Positions 8,652-15,995 of a stretch of DNA of 64,000 nt are shown here, piece by piece. The notes under the pieces are model-generated. The model did not search any database, was not told the DNA's origin, and was given only the letters and a program-made list of their open reading frames with translations. Source of the DNA: Candidatus Marinacidobacterium sp. (GTDB lineage Bacteria; Acidobacteriota; Vicinamibacteria; Marinacidobacterales; Marinacidobacteraceae); assembly GCA_965220965.1 (NCBI GenBank), contig OZ244852.1, forward strand, positions 1,184,001 through 1,248,000. Direction: 5' to 3'. A program made the position numbers and the translations under genes. Positions within the stretch are counted from its first letter, which is position 1. Every line of letters begins with the position of its first letter.

Positions 8652-9146
8652 TCACCCGGCGAGCTCGGTGAAGTCCGCGGCGTAGCTGACCGCCACGGCG
8701 CCGCGCAGCGTGTTCGCGAGCGGGCAGCCCCGCTCATGGAAGCGCAGCGCCCGTTCGGCGTCCTGGCGCTTTCCCGCCGGCAACCGCAGCTTGTAGCGGA
8801 TCCGGATGGCCCGGAGCGCCATGACCCCGTCCTCATCCACGATGTCGCCCTCGACATCGGCGGAGAGCCGGTCCGGCTGGCTCGGAATGCCGCGTGCTTC
8901 GAGCGCCCGCCCGAACGTGCCCAGCATTCAACCGCCGGTGGCGGCGACGACGTAATCGAGGGTCGCGGGAAGCTCCTCCGCCGGGGTCACGCCGTAGAAG
9001 GCCGCGATCCCGCTGTGGACCCCGAAGCGGACCGGCGTCTCGAAGTCCTCGAGGAAGGCCTGCCGCACCGGGCCGGCCTCCTTGACCACCCGCGCGTGGC
9101 AGGTGTGGACGACCCGCGCCGGACTCTCGCCGGCGGCCGGAGTCAA
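8652..9146 (-). CDS. OsmC-like protein, probable selenoprotein
   Basis: Track ORFs 8928..9146 and 8652..8927 are contiguous in one frame: TLDYVVAATGG-TGA(8928-8930)-MLGTFGRALEARG...GCPLANTL. The TGA is at the first OsmC catalytic Cys position. TTG start overlaps the upstream stop. Confidence 0.85.
8898..8915 (-). promoter_or_regulatory. Putative SECIS hairpin
   Basis: TTCGGGC-GGGC-GCTCGAA stem-loop after a 12-nt spacer from the UGA, G-rich loop. Confidence 0.55.
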
Positions 9147-9709
9147 GGGGACTCCCCGAAGATGTCGGCGTGGAGCGCCTTGACCGGAGCCCCGCTGCCG
9201 GCCAGCGACAGGTCGAGGTCCAGCGTCGTGCTGGTCGGGGCGCTGCAGGCGTTGTCGGTGCAGAGCTGGTAGCGCACCAGCACCGAGGCGGCGGTTTTTC
9301 CCGAGGACTTCGAGGCGGCGGTCACCGGAATGCGGATCGCGACCTTGCCCTCGTAGAGATCGAACTCCCCGAGTCCCGAGAGGTCCCGGCGGATGGGCGC
9401 CGGGTAGTCGACCTCCCCGGCCTCGAACTCGGCGGGTTCGATGAGCTCCACGACGGTTCCCGTCGGGAACGGCTCCTCGGGACCGTAGAGGTGGTACCCG
9501 GGATCCAGTTCGGCCACGACCGCGACCTCGAACCGGTCCCCGGGGCGGATCGGTGACTGGGAGGCGACCAGCTCGAACCGCGCCGCGTTGTCCCAGTCGG
9601 GGATCTCGGGGATCTGCGCGGCCGCGCTCACCGGAACGAGCGCGAACGGCAGCACGAAGGGCAGCAGCCGGCGCCGGAGCGCAACGGCGGAGATGCGGGA
9701 AGAGGACAT
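9143..9709 (-). CDS. Secreted stand-alone DsbD N-terminal (alpha) domain protein
   Basis: Signal peptide ending SAAAQ, PGYHLY, YEGKV and YQLCTDNACSAP (C-x4-C); ATG 9709 with an AGGAGG RBS. Confidence 0.85.
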   Translation of the reverse strand: MSSSRISAVALRRRLLPFVLPFALVPVSAAAQIPEIPDWDNAARFELVASQSPIRPGDRFEVAVVAELDPGYHLYGPEEPFPTGTVVELIEPAEFEAGEVDYPAPIRRDLSGLGEFDLYEGKVAIRIPVTAASKSSGKTAASVLVRYQLCTDNACSAPTSTTLDLDLSLAGSGAPVKALHADIFGESP

Positions 9710-9726
9710 GAGCGTCGGACCTCCTG

Positions 9727-10323
9727 TCAGGAACCGGGCAGGCCGGCGATCTCGTCGAGGATCTCGCCCGGCGCGGTCCGGTCGCGGTAATTCACCCATA
9801 CGTTCACGAAGCGGACGACCCCTTCCCTGTCCACGATGATCGTGGCGGGGTGCGCGAGTCCCTCGCGCTCGGTGCCGTCATGGTCCGTGTTGCGGATCCC
9901 GTAGGCGGAGATCACGTCAGCCCCGTCCACCAGGATGGGAAAGCTCCAGTCGTTCTCGGAGAGCCAGGTCTGCGTCTCCGCGGCGTCGTACATCGAGATG
10001 CCGAGCACGGTGGCGTCCACCGACTCGAACCGTTCCAGGGACGTTTGCAGCTCGCCGAGCTGCGCCTTGCAGAATGGTCACCAACCGCCGCTGCGGAAGA
10101 ACTCGAGAACGACGGGGCCGCGTTCGACGAGCTCCGACAGCCGGTAGGCCGTCCCGTGGGCGTCCCGGAGTTCGAAGTCCGGGGCGGGCTGGCCGACCTG
10201 CACGGTCGAAGTCTCCATCCCCTGCGCCGCAGCGGAGGGGGCGAGACCCCATCCGAGGCCCAGCGTGAGAACGGCGATGGCGAGGCTACGCGCCACGAAG
10301 CCGGTAGCGGAGTTCGAGAGCAT
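9727..10323 (-). CDS. Exported AhpC/TSA (peroxiredoxin-like/redoxin) protein, probable selenoprotein with UPFC
   Basis: Signal peptide, VGQPAPDFEL, GPVVLEFFRSGGW-TGA(10078-10080)-PFCKAQLGEL continuing in frame into track ORF 9727..10020 (PATIIVDREGVVRF). Confidence 0.88.
10047..10063 (-). promoter_or_regulatory. Putative SECIS hairpin
   Basis: Perfect GCAGCTC-GGC-GAGCTGC stem-loop after a 14-nt spacer from the UGA. Confidence 0.65.
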
Positions 10324-10332
10324 GGCGAACCG

Positions 10333-10341
10333 ATTCTAGCA
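10333..10341 (-). promoter_or_regulatory. Extended -10 promoter element of the redox operon
   Basis: TGcTAGAAT 9 nt upstream of ATG 10323; no SD, so a leaderless or very short leader is likely. Confidence 0.5.
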
Positions 10342-10378
10342 TGTCGAACGCGGCGTTCCACCCCCGCGAAAGACGCGC

Positions 10379-10391
10379 CAAGTCATTGATA
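10379..10391. promoter_or_regulatory. IHF-consensus site within an AAGTC...GACTT inverted repeat
   Basis: CAAGTCATTGATA matches YAANNNNTTGATW; AT-rich patch in a GC-rich intergenic region. Confidence 0.4.
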
Positions 10392-10435
10392 TATGGCGAC
10401 TTACGGCGCATGTCGGCGCGCCGACACCGTCAGGA

Positions 10436-11314
10436 TCATCCGGAAGCGGAGCGATCCCCCGCTCCATCCCGCTCCGCGCCGTCGCCGCCACCGTCCCCCT
10501 GGTTCGATTCGAGCTGCCGGAGCAGGTCGCGCAGGGCGTCGATGACCTCGGTCTCCTCGACTTCGCTGCGCCGGAACGTCATGTGGAGACGGAACGGGCT
10601 TCCCTTGGGGGCGTACCGGAACACGAAGGGCCGCGCCCGCCCCCTGCCCGCCCGCTTGCGCTTCACCGGCGGCTCGCTCACCCCGGACGCGAGACGCTGC
10701 ACGCATTCGGCCATCGCCTCGGGCGTCGCCTCGCGCGCCACCCGCAGGAGCTGCCGGCGGGAGCGCACGCCGGCCGCCTGACACATCTCGCGGATCTCCG
10801 GGGGGATGTTGAGCAGCGCGAGGGACTCGGTGATGGAGGTCCGGGGTCGCCCGACCCGGCGCGACAGCGACTCGTGGGTGTGGCCGTGCTCCCGGATCAT
10901 CGCCTCGTAGGCGGCCGCCTCCTCGAACGGAGACAGGTCGTCGCGCAGGAGGTTCTCGACGATCGCGAGCTCGAGCGACTCCGCCTCGTCGGCGTCCCGC
11001 TCGACACAGGGGATCTCGCGCATCCCCACCTGGAGCGCGGCGCGGAAGCGGCGTTCCCCGGCGATTATCTGGAAGTCCTTCGGTCCGAGGCGGCGCACCA
11101 GGATGGGCTGCAGCAGCCCCTGCTCGCGGATCGATGTGGCGAGAGCCTCGAGCGACCCGATGCGCTGGCGGGGCTGGTCGGGGTTGGCGTGGATCTGGGC
11201 GACCGGGATCAGCCGGTGGCGGTTCGCCGGTTCGTCCGTGACCAGGCTGGCCACGTAGTGCCGGTCCCGCTTGCGCAGGCCGACCGCCTCAGGCAGACCG
11301 GTTCGCTTTGACAC
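10436..11314 (-). CDS. parB: ParB/RepB/Spo0J family partition protein
   Basis: NPDQPR, GLLQPILVR, IIAGERRFRA (CTPase motif), ENLLRDDLSPFEEA and an HTH region. Confidence 0.9.
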   Translation of the reverse strand: MSKRTGLPEAVGLRKRDRHYVASLVTDEPANRHRLIPVAQIHANPDQPRQRIGSLEALATSIREQGLLQPILVRRLGPKDFQIIAGERRFRAALQVGMREIPCVERDADEAESLELAIVENLLRDDLSPFEEAAAYEAMIREHGHTHESLSRRVGRPRTSITESLALLNIPPEIREMCQAAGVRSRRQLLRVAREATPEAMAECVQRLASGVSEPPVKRKRAGRGRARPFVFRYAPKGSPFRLHMTFRRSEVEETEVIDALRDLLRQLESNQGDGGGDGAERDGAGDRSASG

Positions 11315-12065
11315 GTTCGAGGACTTCCCCGGCGAGCCGCCGGTAGTCGTGAGCGCCGGCGGAGTCCGGCGCGAACGAAAAGATGGACTCCCGGTAGGCC
11401 GGACTCTCCTCCAGCCTCACGTTCCGCCGGACCTTCGCCCGGAAGGTGGCGGCGCCGAAGTGGGTCCGGATGCGGCGCACGGCGTCCTGCGAGATGCGCG
11501 TCCGGGCGTCATGCATGGTGATCGCCACCCCGAGCAGCGCCAGGTCCGGGTTCGGCCGGCGACGGATCTGCTCCACGGTGTCGAGCAGGTCGTCGGCGCC
11601 CTCGAGGGCGTAATAGGAAGGCTGCAGCGGGATCAGCAGGTAGTCGCTCGCGACCAGCGCGTTCACCGTGATGAGTCCCAGGGTCGGCGGGGTGTCGATC
11701 ACGATCAGGTCGAAATCGTCCAGGACGTGCTGGATCCGGTCCCGCAGCCGGTAGTGGGCGTCGATGTCGCCGAGCAACTGGCGCTCCAGCTTGGCGAGGG
11801 ATATGCGCGACGGCGCCATGGAGAGCCGCTCGATGGCGGTCGGGCGGATGATGTCAGCAAACCGCGCTTCCCCCGTCAGGGCCTCCAGCATCGAAGGCGC
11901 TTCCGGGTCCGGGTCGAGGTAGCTGACCGAGGCGTTCGCCTGCGGATCCAGGTCCACCAGCAGCGTGCGCTCGCCGGCCTGCGCGAACGCCGCCGCCAGG
12001 TTGACCGAGGTCGTGGTCTTGGCGACGCCGCCCTTCTGGTTCGCGACGGTGATCGTCGCTCCCAC
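11289..12065 (-). CDS. parA: ParA/Soj family ATPase
   Basis: NQKGGVAKTT deviant Walker A, DLDPQAN, IDTPP. Confidence 0.92.
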   Translation of the reverse strand: MGATITVANQKGGVAKTTTSVNLAAAFAQAGERTLLVDLDPQANASVSYLDPDPEAPSMLEALTGEARFADIIRPTAIERLSMAPSRISLAKLERQLLGDIDAHYRLRDRIQHVLDDFDLIVIDTPPTLGLITVNALVASDYLLIPLQPSYYALEGADDLLDTVEQIRRRPNPDLALLGVAITMHDARTRISQDAVRRIRTHFGAATFRAKVRRNVRLEESPAYRESIFSFAPDSAGAHDYRRLAGEVLERVKANRSA

Positions 12066-12081
12066 GCGCGCCTCCCCTTCC

Positions 12082-12579
12082 CTACTGGGAGTCGCCGAGG
12101 TCCTCGTCGTCGAGGGACTCCAGCCAGTCGGCGAGCGCCTCGCTGTCTTCCGGCGGCTCGCCGTCGGCGATCAGCTCGTCTCCGCTCTGGACGCTCCGCT
12201 CGATGACGCGGGCGTGGGCGTAGATCGGGGCGCGGGTGCGGAGCGCGATGGCGATCGCGTCGCTCGGGCGCGCATCGATCACGAGCCGCAGGCGCTTGCG
12301 CTCGATGTGGATGTGCGCGTAGAAGGTGTTCCGCCGCAGGTCGTGGATCACGACCTTCAGAACGCGGGCGTCCAGCTCGCGCAGCAGCTCGCGGATCAGA
12401 TCGTGGGTCAGGGGCCGCGGGGGCTCGTAGTTTTCGACCTGGAGGCCGATGGCGCGGCACTCGAGCGGCCCGACCCGGATGGGGAGCTCGCGGTTGCCCG
12501 GCTCCTCCTTGAGCATCACGACCGCCGAGTTGTCCCTCGGGAGCATGAAGATCGCCTTGATGCTCATCTCAACTTCCAT
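12082..12579 (-). CDS. Bifunctional nuclease family protein (DUF151)
   Basis: LPIRVG, PPRPLTHDL and IDARPSDAIAIALR; ATG 12579. Confidence 0.9.
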   Translation of the reverse strand: MEVEMSIKAIFMLPRDNSAVVMLKEEPGNRELPIRVGPLECRAIGLQVENYEPPRPLTHDLIRELLRELDARVLKVVIHDLRRNTFYAHIHIERKRLRLVIDARPSDAIAIALRTRAPIYAHARVIERSVQSGDELIADGEPPEDSEALADWLESLDDEDLGDSQ

Positions 12580-14047
12580 CGCGCACTCCCTGGAACAACG
12601 AGGGCGCTCCACCGGCCAGCACCGGAAGCGGAATCTCCGGCTGCCGGCGGGACGGCGCGGCGAGCGTCGAAGCGGGTCGCTCCGGCGACGTGAGTTCGCC
12701 CCGGAGACTGTTGGGGCCGAACCCGGTGATGGCGACCCGGGCGAAGGCCCCGACGAGCGACGCCGGGCCCGGGAAGTTGACCACCCGGTTGTCCTCGGCG
12801 CGGCCCGCCAGGAAGTCGCCCCGGCGACTCGGACCTTCGACAAGAACCTCCACCTCGCGACCCACGAGCGCGGCGTGGAGCTCGAGCTGGATCGCGCGCT
12901 GCCGCGCCTGAAGCTCCATCAGCCGCGCGGTCTTCTCGCCGTCCGGCACATCGTCGGGCAGGCGCTTCACCGCGAGCGTGTGGGGCCGCTCGGAGTACTT
13001 GAAGGAATAGGCGGAAGAAAACCGGACTTCGTCGAGCAGGCTGAGCGTGTCCTCGAATTCCGCGCGGGTCTCGCCGCAGAACCCGACGATCAGGTCGGTG
13101 GAGAGCGCGAGGCCGGGCGCCTTCTCCCGGGCGTCCGTGACCAGCCGCAGGAACTCCCCGCGGCTGTAGCCGCGCCGCATCCGCTCGAGCACGCTGGTCG
13201 AGCCGGACTGCGCCGGGAGGTGCATGTGCGGCATGAGCGGACCGCCCGCGGCGAACCGCTCCATCAGCGCCGGGCTGAAGTCCTTCGGATGGGGGCTGGT
13301 GAACCGGATGCGGCGGATCCCCGAAACGGCGGAGACGGCGTCGATCAGCGCCGCGAAGTCCCGCCCGTCCTCCGGATCCCGGTAGGAGTTCACGTTCTGC
13401 CCGAGAAGCTGGATCTCGCGGAAGCCGTCGCCGGCGAGGGCCTCCGCTTCGCGGACGACCGACCCGACCGTGCGACAGCGTTCCCTGCCCCGGGTGAAGG
13501 GCACGACGCAGAACGAACAGAAGTTGTCGCAGCCCTCCATGATGGTGATCCACGCCTTGACGCCGGGGACGCGCTCGATCTGTTCCGGCGGGATGTCGAG
13601 GTTGTCGGCGTGGCGTCCGGTTTCCACGATCCGGGTCTCGCCGTCGAGCAGACGCCGCACGATCTGCGGAAGACGGACCAGCGCCTGCGTGCCCAGCACG
13701 AAGTCCACCGCCGGGGCGCGGGCGAAGATCGCCTCGCCTTCCTGCTGGGCGACGCAGCCGGCGACGCCGATCAGCAGCGGGCGCGAAGCCCGGGCGCGGC
13801 CCTTGCCGCCCACGAGCTGCTCGACCCGGGAAAACACCTTCTCCTGGGCTTTCTCGCGCACCGAGCAGGTGTTCAGCACCACGATCTCGCCGCCGGGATC
13901 GGCCTCTCCCCTCGCCGGGCGGGCGCCGAGCGACCCGAGCGCCGCCGCCATCTTCTCCGAGTCGTGGACGTTCATCTGGCAGCCCCAGGTCTCGATGCGG
14001 TATCGAAGACCGGGGTCGCCCGGCGAACGGTCCTGAGCGGGGGGCAT
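12569..14047 (-). CDS. miaB: tRNA-2-methylthio-N6-dimethylallyladenosine synthase
   Basis: TWGCQMNVHDSE, NTCSVREKA, radical SAM CxxxCxxC (GCDNFCSFC), C-terminal TRAM domain. Confidence 0.95.
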   Translation of the reverse strand: MPPAQDRSPGDPGLRYRIETWGCQMNVHDSEKMAAALGSLGARPARGEADPGGEIVVLNTCSVREKAQEKVFSRVEQLVGGKGRARASRPLLIGVAGCVAQQEGEAIFARAPAVDFVLGTQALVRLPQIVRRLLDGETRIVETGRHADNLDIPPEQIERVPGVKAWITIMEGCDNFCSFCVVPFTRGRERCRTVGSVVREAEALAGDGFREIQLLGQNVNSYRDPEDGRDFAALIDAVSAVSGIRRIRFTSPHPKDFSPALMERFAAGGPLMPHMHLPAQSGSTSVLERMRRGYSRGEFLRLVTDAREKAPGLALSTDLIVGFCGETRAEFEDTLSLLDEVRFSSAYSFKYSERPHTLAVKRLPDDVPDGEKTARLMELQARQRAIQLELHAALVGREVEVLVEGPSRRGDFLAGRAEDNRVVNFPGPASLVGAFARVAITGFGPNSLRGELTSPERPASTLAAPSRRQPEIPLPVLAGGAPSLFQGVRDGS

Positions 14048-14056
14048 GCCCGGACG

Positions 14057-15859
14057 TCAGGCTCCGGGAGTCCCGCCCGCGTCGGAAACCGCTTCCCGCG
14101 GCCGCGGCGGGTCGCCCGGCGACGCGGCGCCGCGCAGAAGGTCCCGGGCGTTATCGCGGGCGGCGTCCGTGACTTCGGGACCGGCGAGCATGCGGGCGAT
14201 CTCCTCGGTGCGATGCTCATCCCTGAGGTGGCGCACCCGAACCGAGCCGTCGGATTCTAGTTTTTCGACCCTCAGGTGGCGCCCCGCGAGCGCCGCCACC
14301 TGCGGCAGGTGGGTCACGCAGAGCACCTGCCGGCCGCCCGAGAGGCGACGGAGCCGCCGCCCCACCGCATCGGCGACCCGCCCGGAGGTCCCGGCGTCCA
14401 CTTCGTCGAACACCAGAGTCGGACCGCTCCCCTCCCCCGCCGCCGCGCGCCCGGCCCCGGCGGCCTTGAGCGCGAGGAAGAACCGGGACGACTCGCCCCC
14501 GGAAGCGACTTCGGCCAGCGGGGCCGGAGGGAGTTCGGGGTTCGCGCTGAAGCGGAACGCGACCCGGTCCCAGCCCTCGGCCGTGAAGCGGTCAGAAGGA
14601 GGTTCGTCGAAGGACCCGTCCGCGGGCGCCGGGCGAGGATCCAGCCGGATCTCGAAGCGGGCCTTGGTCAGCCCCAGCCCGGGCAGCTCCGCCAGGACCG
14701 CGGCCGAAAGCTCCAGGGCGGCCTCGCCCCGCGCCGCGCTCAGTTTCCAGGCCGCCCGCCGATAGGAGGCCGCCGCCTCCTCGACCGCGGCGGCGGCTTC
14801 GGCGCGCGCCGCTTCCCGGCGCCCCAGCGAGGCCAGTTCGGTGCGGATCTCCTCGGCGCGCGCCAGCAGCGCCTCGGCGCCGCCCGCGCCCGCGGTGTGG
14901 CGACGCTCGAGCCGCCGCAGGAGCGCCAGCCGGTCCTCGATCCAGGCGAGGCGCTCCGGACCGGCGTCGATCTCCGCGCGCCGGTCGCGGACGGCGGCGG
15001 CGAGATCCTCCACCTCGGCCACCAGGTCGGGACGCCCCTCCAGGAGGGCGGCGGTGGCCGGATCGATCCCGGCGACCGCCTCCAGTTCGCGGAGAGCGGC
15101 GGCGAGCTGCGCGCCGGCGGCGCGGTCCGAACCGTAGAGCGCCTCCCAGGCGGACCCGAGCCCTTCGAGGAGCCGCTCGCTCCGACCCAGGACGGTGCGC
15201 TCTTCGAGCAGCGCCTCCTTCTCGCCCGGTTCGGGCGCGGCGGCCTCGATTTCGCGGAGCGCGGCCTCGAGGGCGCGCCGGTCTTCGCCCGGGGTCGCAT
15301 CGCCGGCCAGCGCCTCGGCGCACGCCATCGCCTCGCGCAACCGCTGGTGCGCGGCGCGGACTTCCGCGAGCTCCCGGTGGTGGCCGCCCGCCCCGTCGAC
15401 CGCCTCCCGCGCGGCCCCGGGGCGCAGGAGCGCCAGGTGCTCCCCCTGCCCGTAGACCTCGGCGAGAAGCGCGCCGACGCGCCGCAGCGCGCCGACCGGG
15501 ATGGCGCTCCCGTTGAGTGATGCGCGGCTCACGACCGTCCGCCCTCCGGGACCCGGCCGCAGCACGCGCCGGATCACCAGTTCGCCGTCCTCCACCGGAA
15601 CGCCGGCCTCGTCGAGCGCCTCCGAAAGAGACCCCGCACGCGAAGCGGGCGCCTGGAACCCGGCTTCGACCACCGTGCGGTCGCCGTGGGGACCGATCTG
15701 CCGGGCGCGCCCGCGGGCCCCGAGCGCGAGCCCGAGCGACTCGAGGAGGAGGCTCTTCCCCGCCCCGGTCTCGCCGGTGAGGACGTGGAGACCCTCGTCG
15801 AACTCGACGGAGACATCCCGCAGGAGCGCCAGGTTCCGGACGCGGAGCCAGAGGAGCAT
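14057..15859 (-). CDS. recN: DNA repair protein RecN
   Basis: LTGETGAGKS, YGQGEH, ASGGESSR, LVFDEVDAG, VLCVTHLPQVAA, EIARML. Confidence 0.92.
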   Translation of the reverse strand: MLLWLRVRNLALLRDVSVEFDEGLHVLTGETGAGKSLLLESLGLALGARGRARQIGPHGDRTVVEAGFQAPASRAGSLSEALDEAGVPVEDGELVIRRVLRPGPGGRTVVSRASLNGSAIPVGALRRVGALLAEVYGQGEHLALLRPGAAREAVDGAGGHHRELAEVRAAHQRLREAMACAEALAGDATPGEDRRALEAALREIEAAAPEPGEKEALLEERTVLGRSERLLEGLGSAWEALYGSDRAAGAQLAAALRELEAVAGIDPATAALLEGRPDLVAEVEDLAAAVRDRRAEIDAGPERLAWIEDRLALLRRLERRHTAGAGGAEALLARAEEIRTELASLGRREAARAEAAAAVEEAAASYRRAAWKLSAARGEAALELSAAVLAELPGLGLTKARFEIRLDPRPAPADGSFDEPPSDRFTAEGWDRVAFRFSANPELPPAPLAEVASGGESSRFFLALKAAGAGRAAAGEGSGPTLVFDEVDAGTSGRVADAVGRRLRRLSGGRQVLCVTHLPQVAALAGRHLRVEKLESDGSVRVRHLRDEHRTEEIARMLAGPEVTDAARDNARDLLRGAASPGDPPRPREAVSDAGGTPGA

Positions 15860-15995
15860 CTAGGGGAGGAATCGCCTGGGGAATCGTCGCGGAGCGCGGG
15901 GGTATTCGGCGGGGTACGAACGGCGCCCGAATGCGCCTCCGCCGAACCGCGCGGATCCTACGCCCGGTGGACTCCCGGTAGGCCGCCGCGGCGGC

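Noticed and set aside
642-10323. Pseudogenes or genome-wide UGA reassignment as the explanation for the split redox genes
   Set aside because: Each TGA hits the catalytic Cys codon with intact downstream sequence and a hairpin, while TGA terminates many conserved genes here (rplM, rpsI, rpsB, tsf, pyrH, frr).
10436-12065. parAB as evidence of a plasmid or prophage
   Set aside because: Embedded among core genes (recN, miaB); no rep, integrase or phage genes, and no obvious compositional shift.
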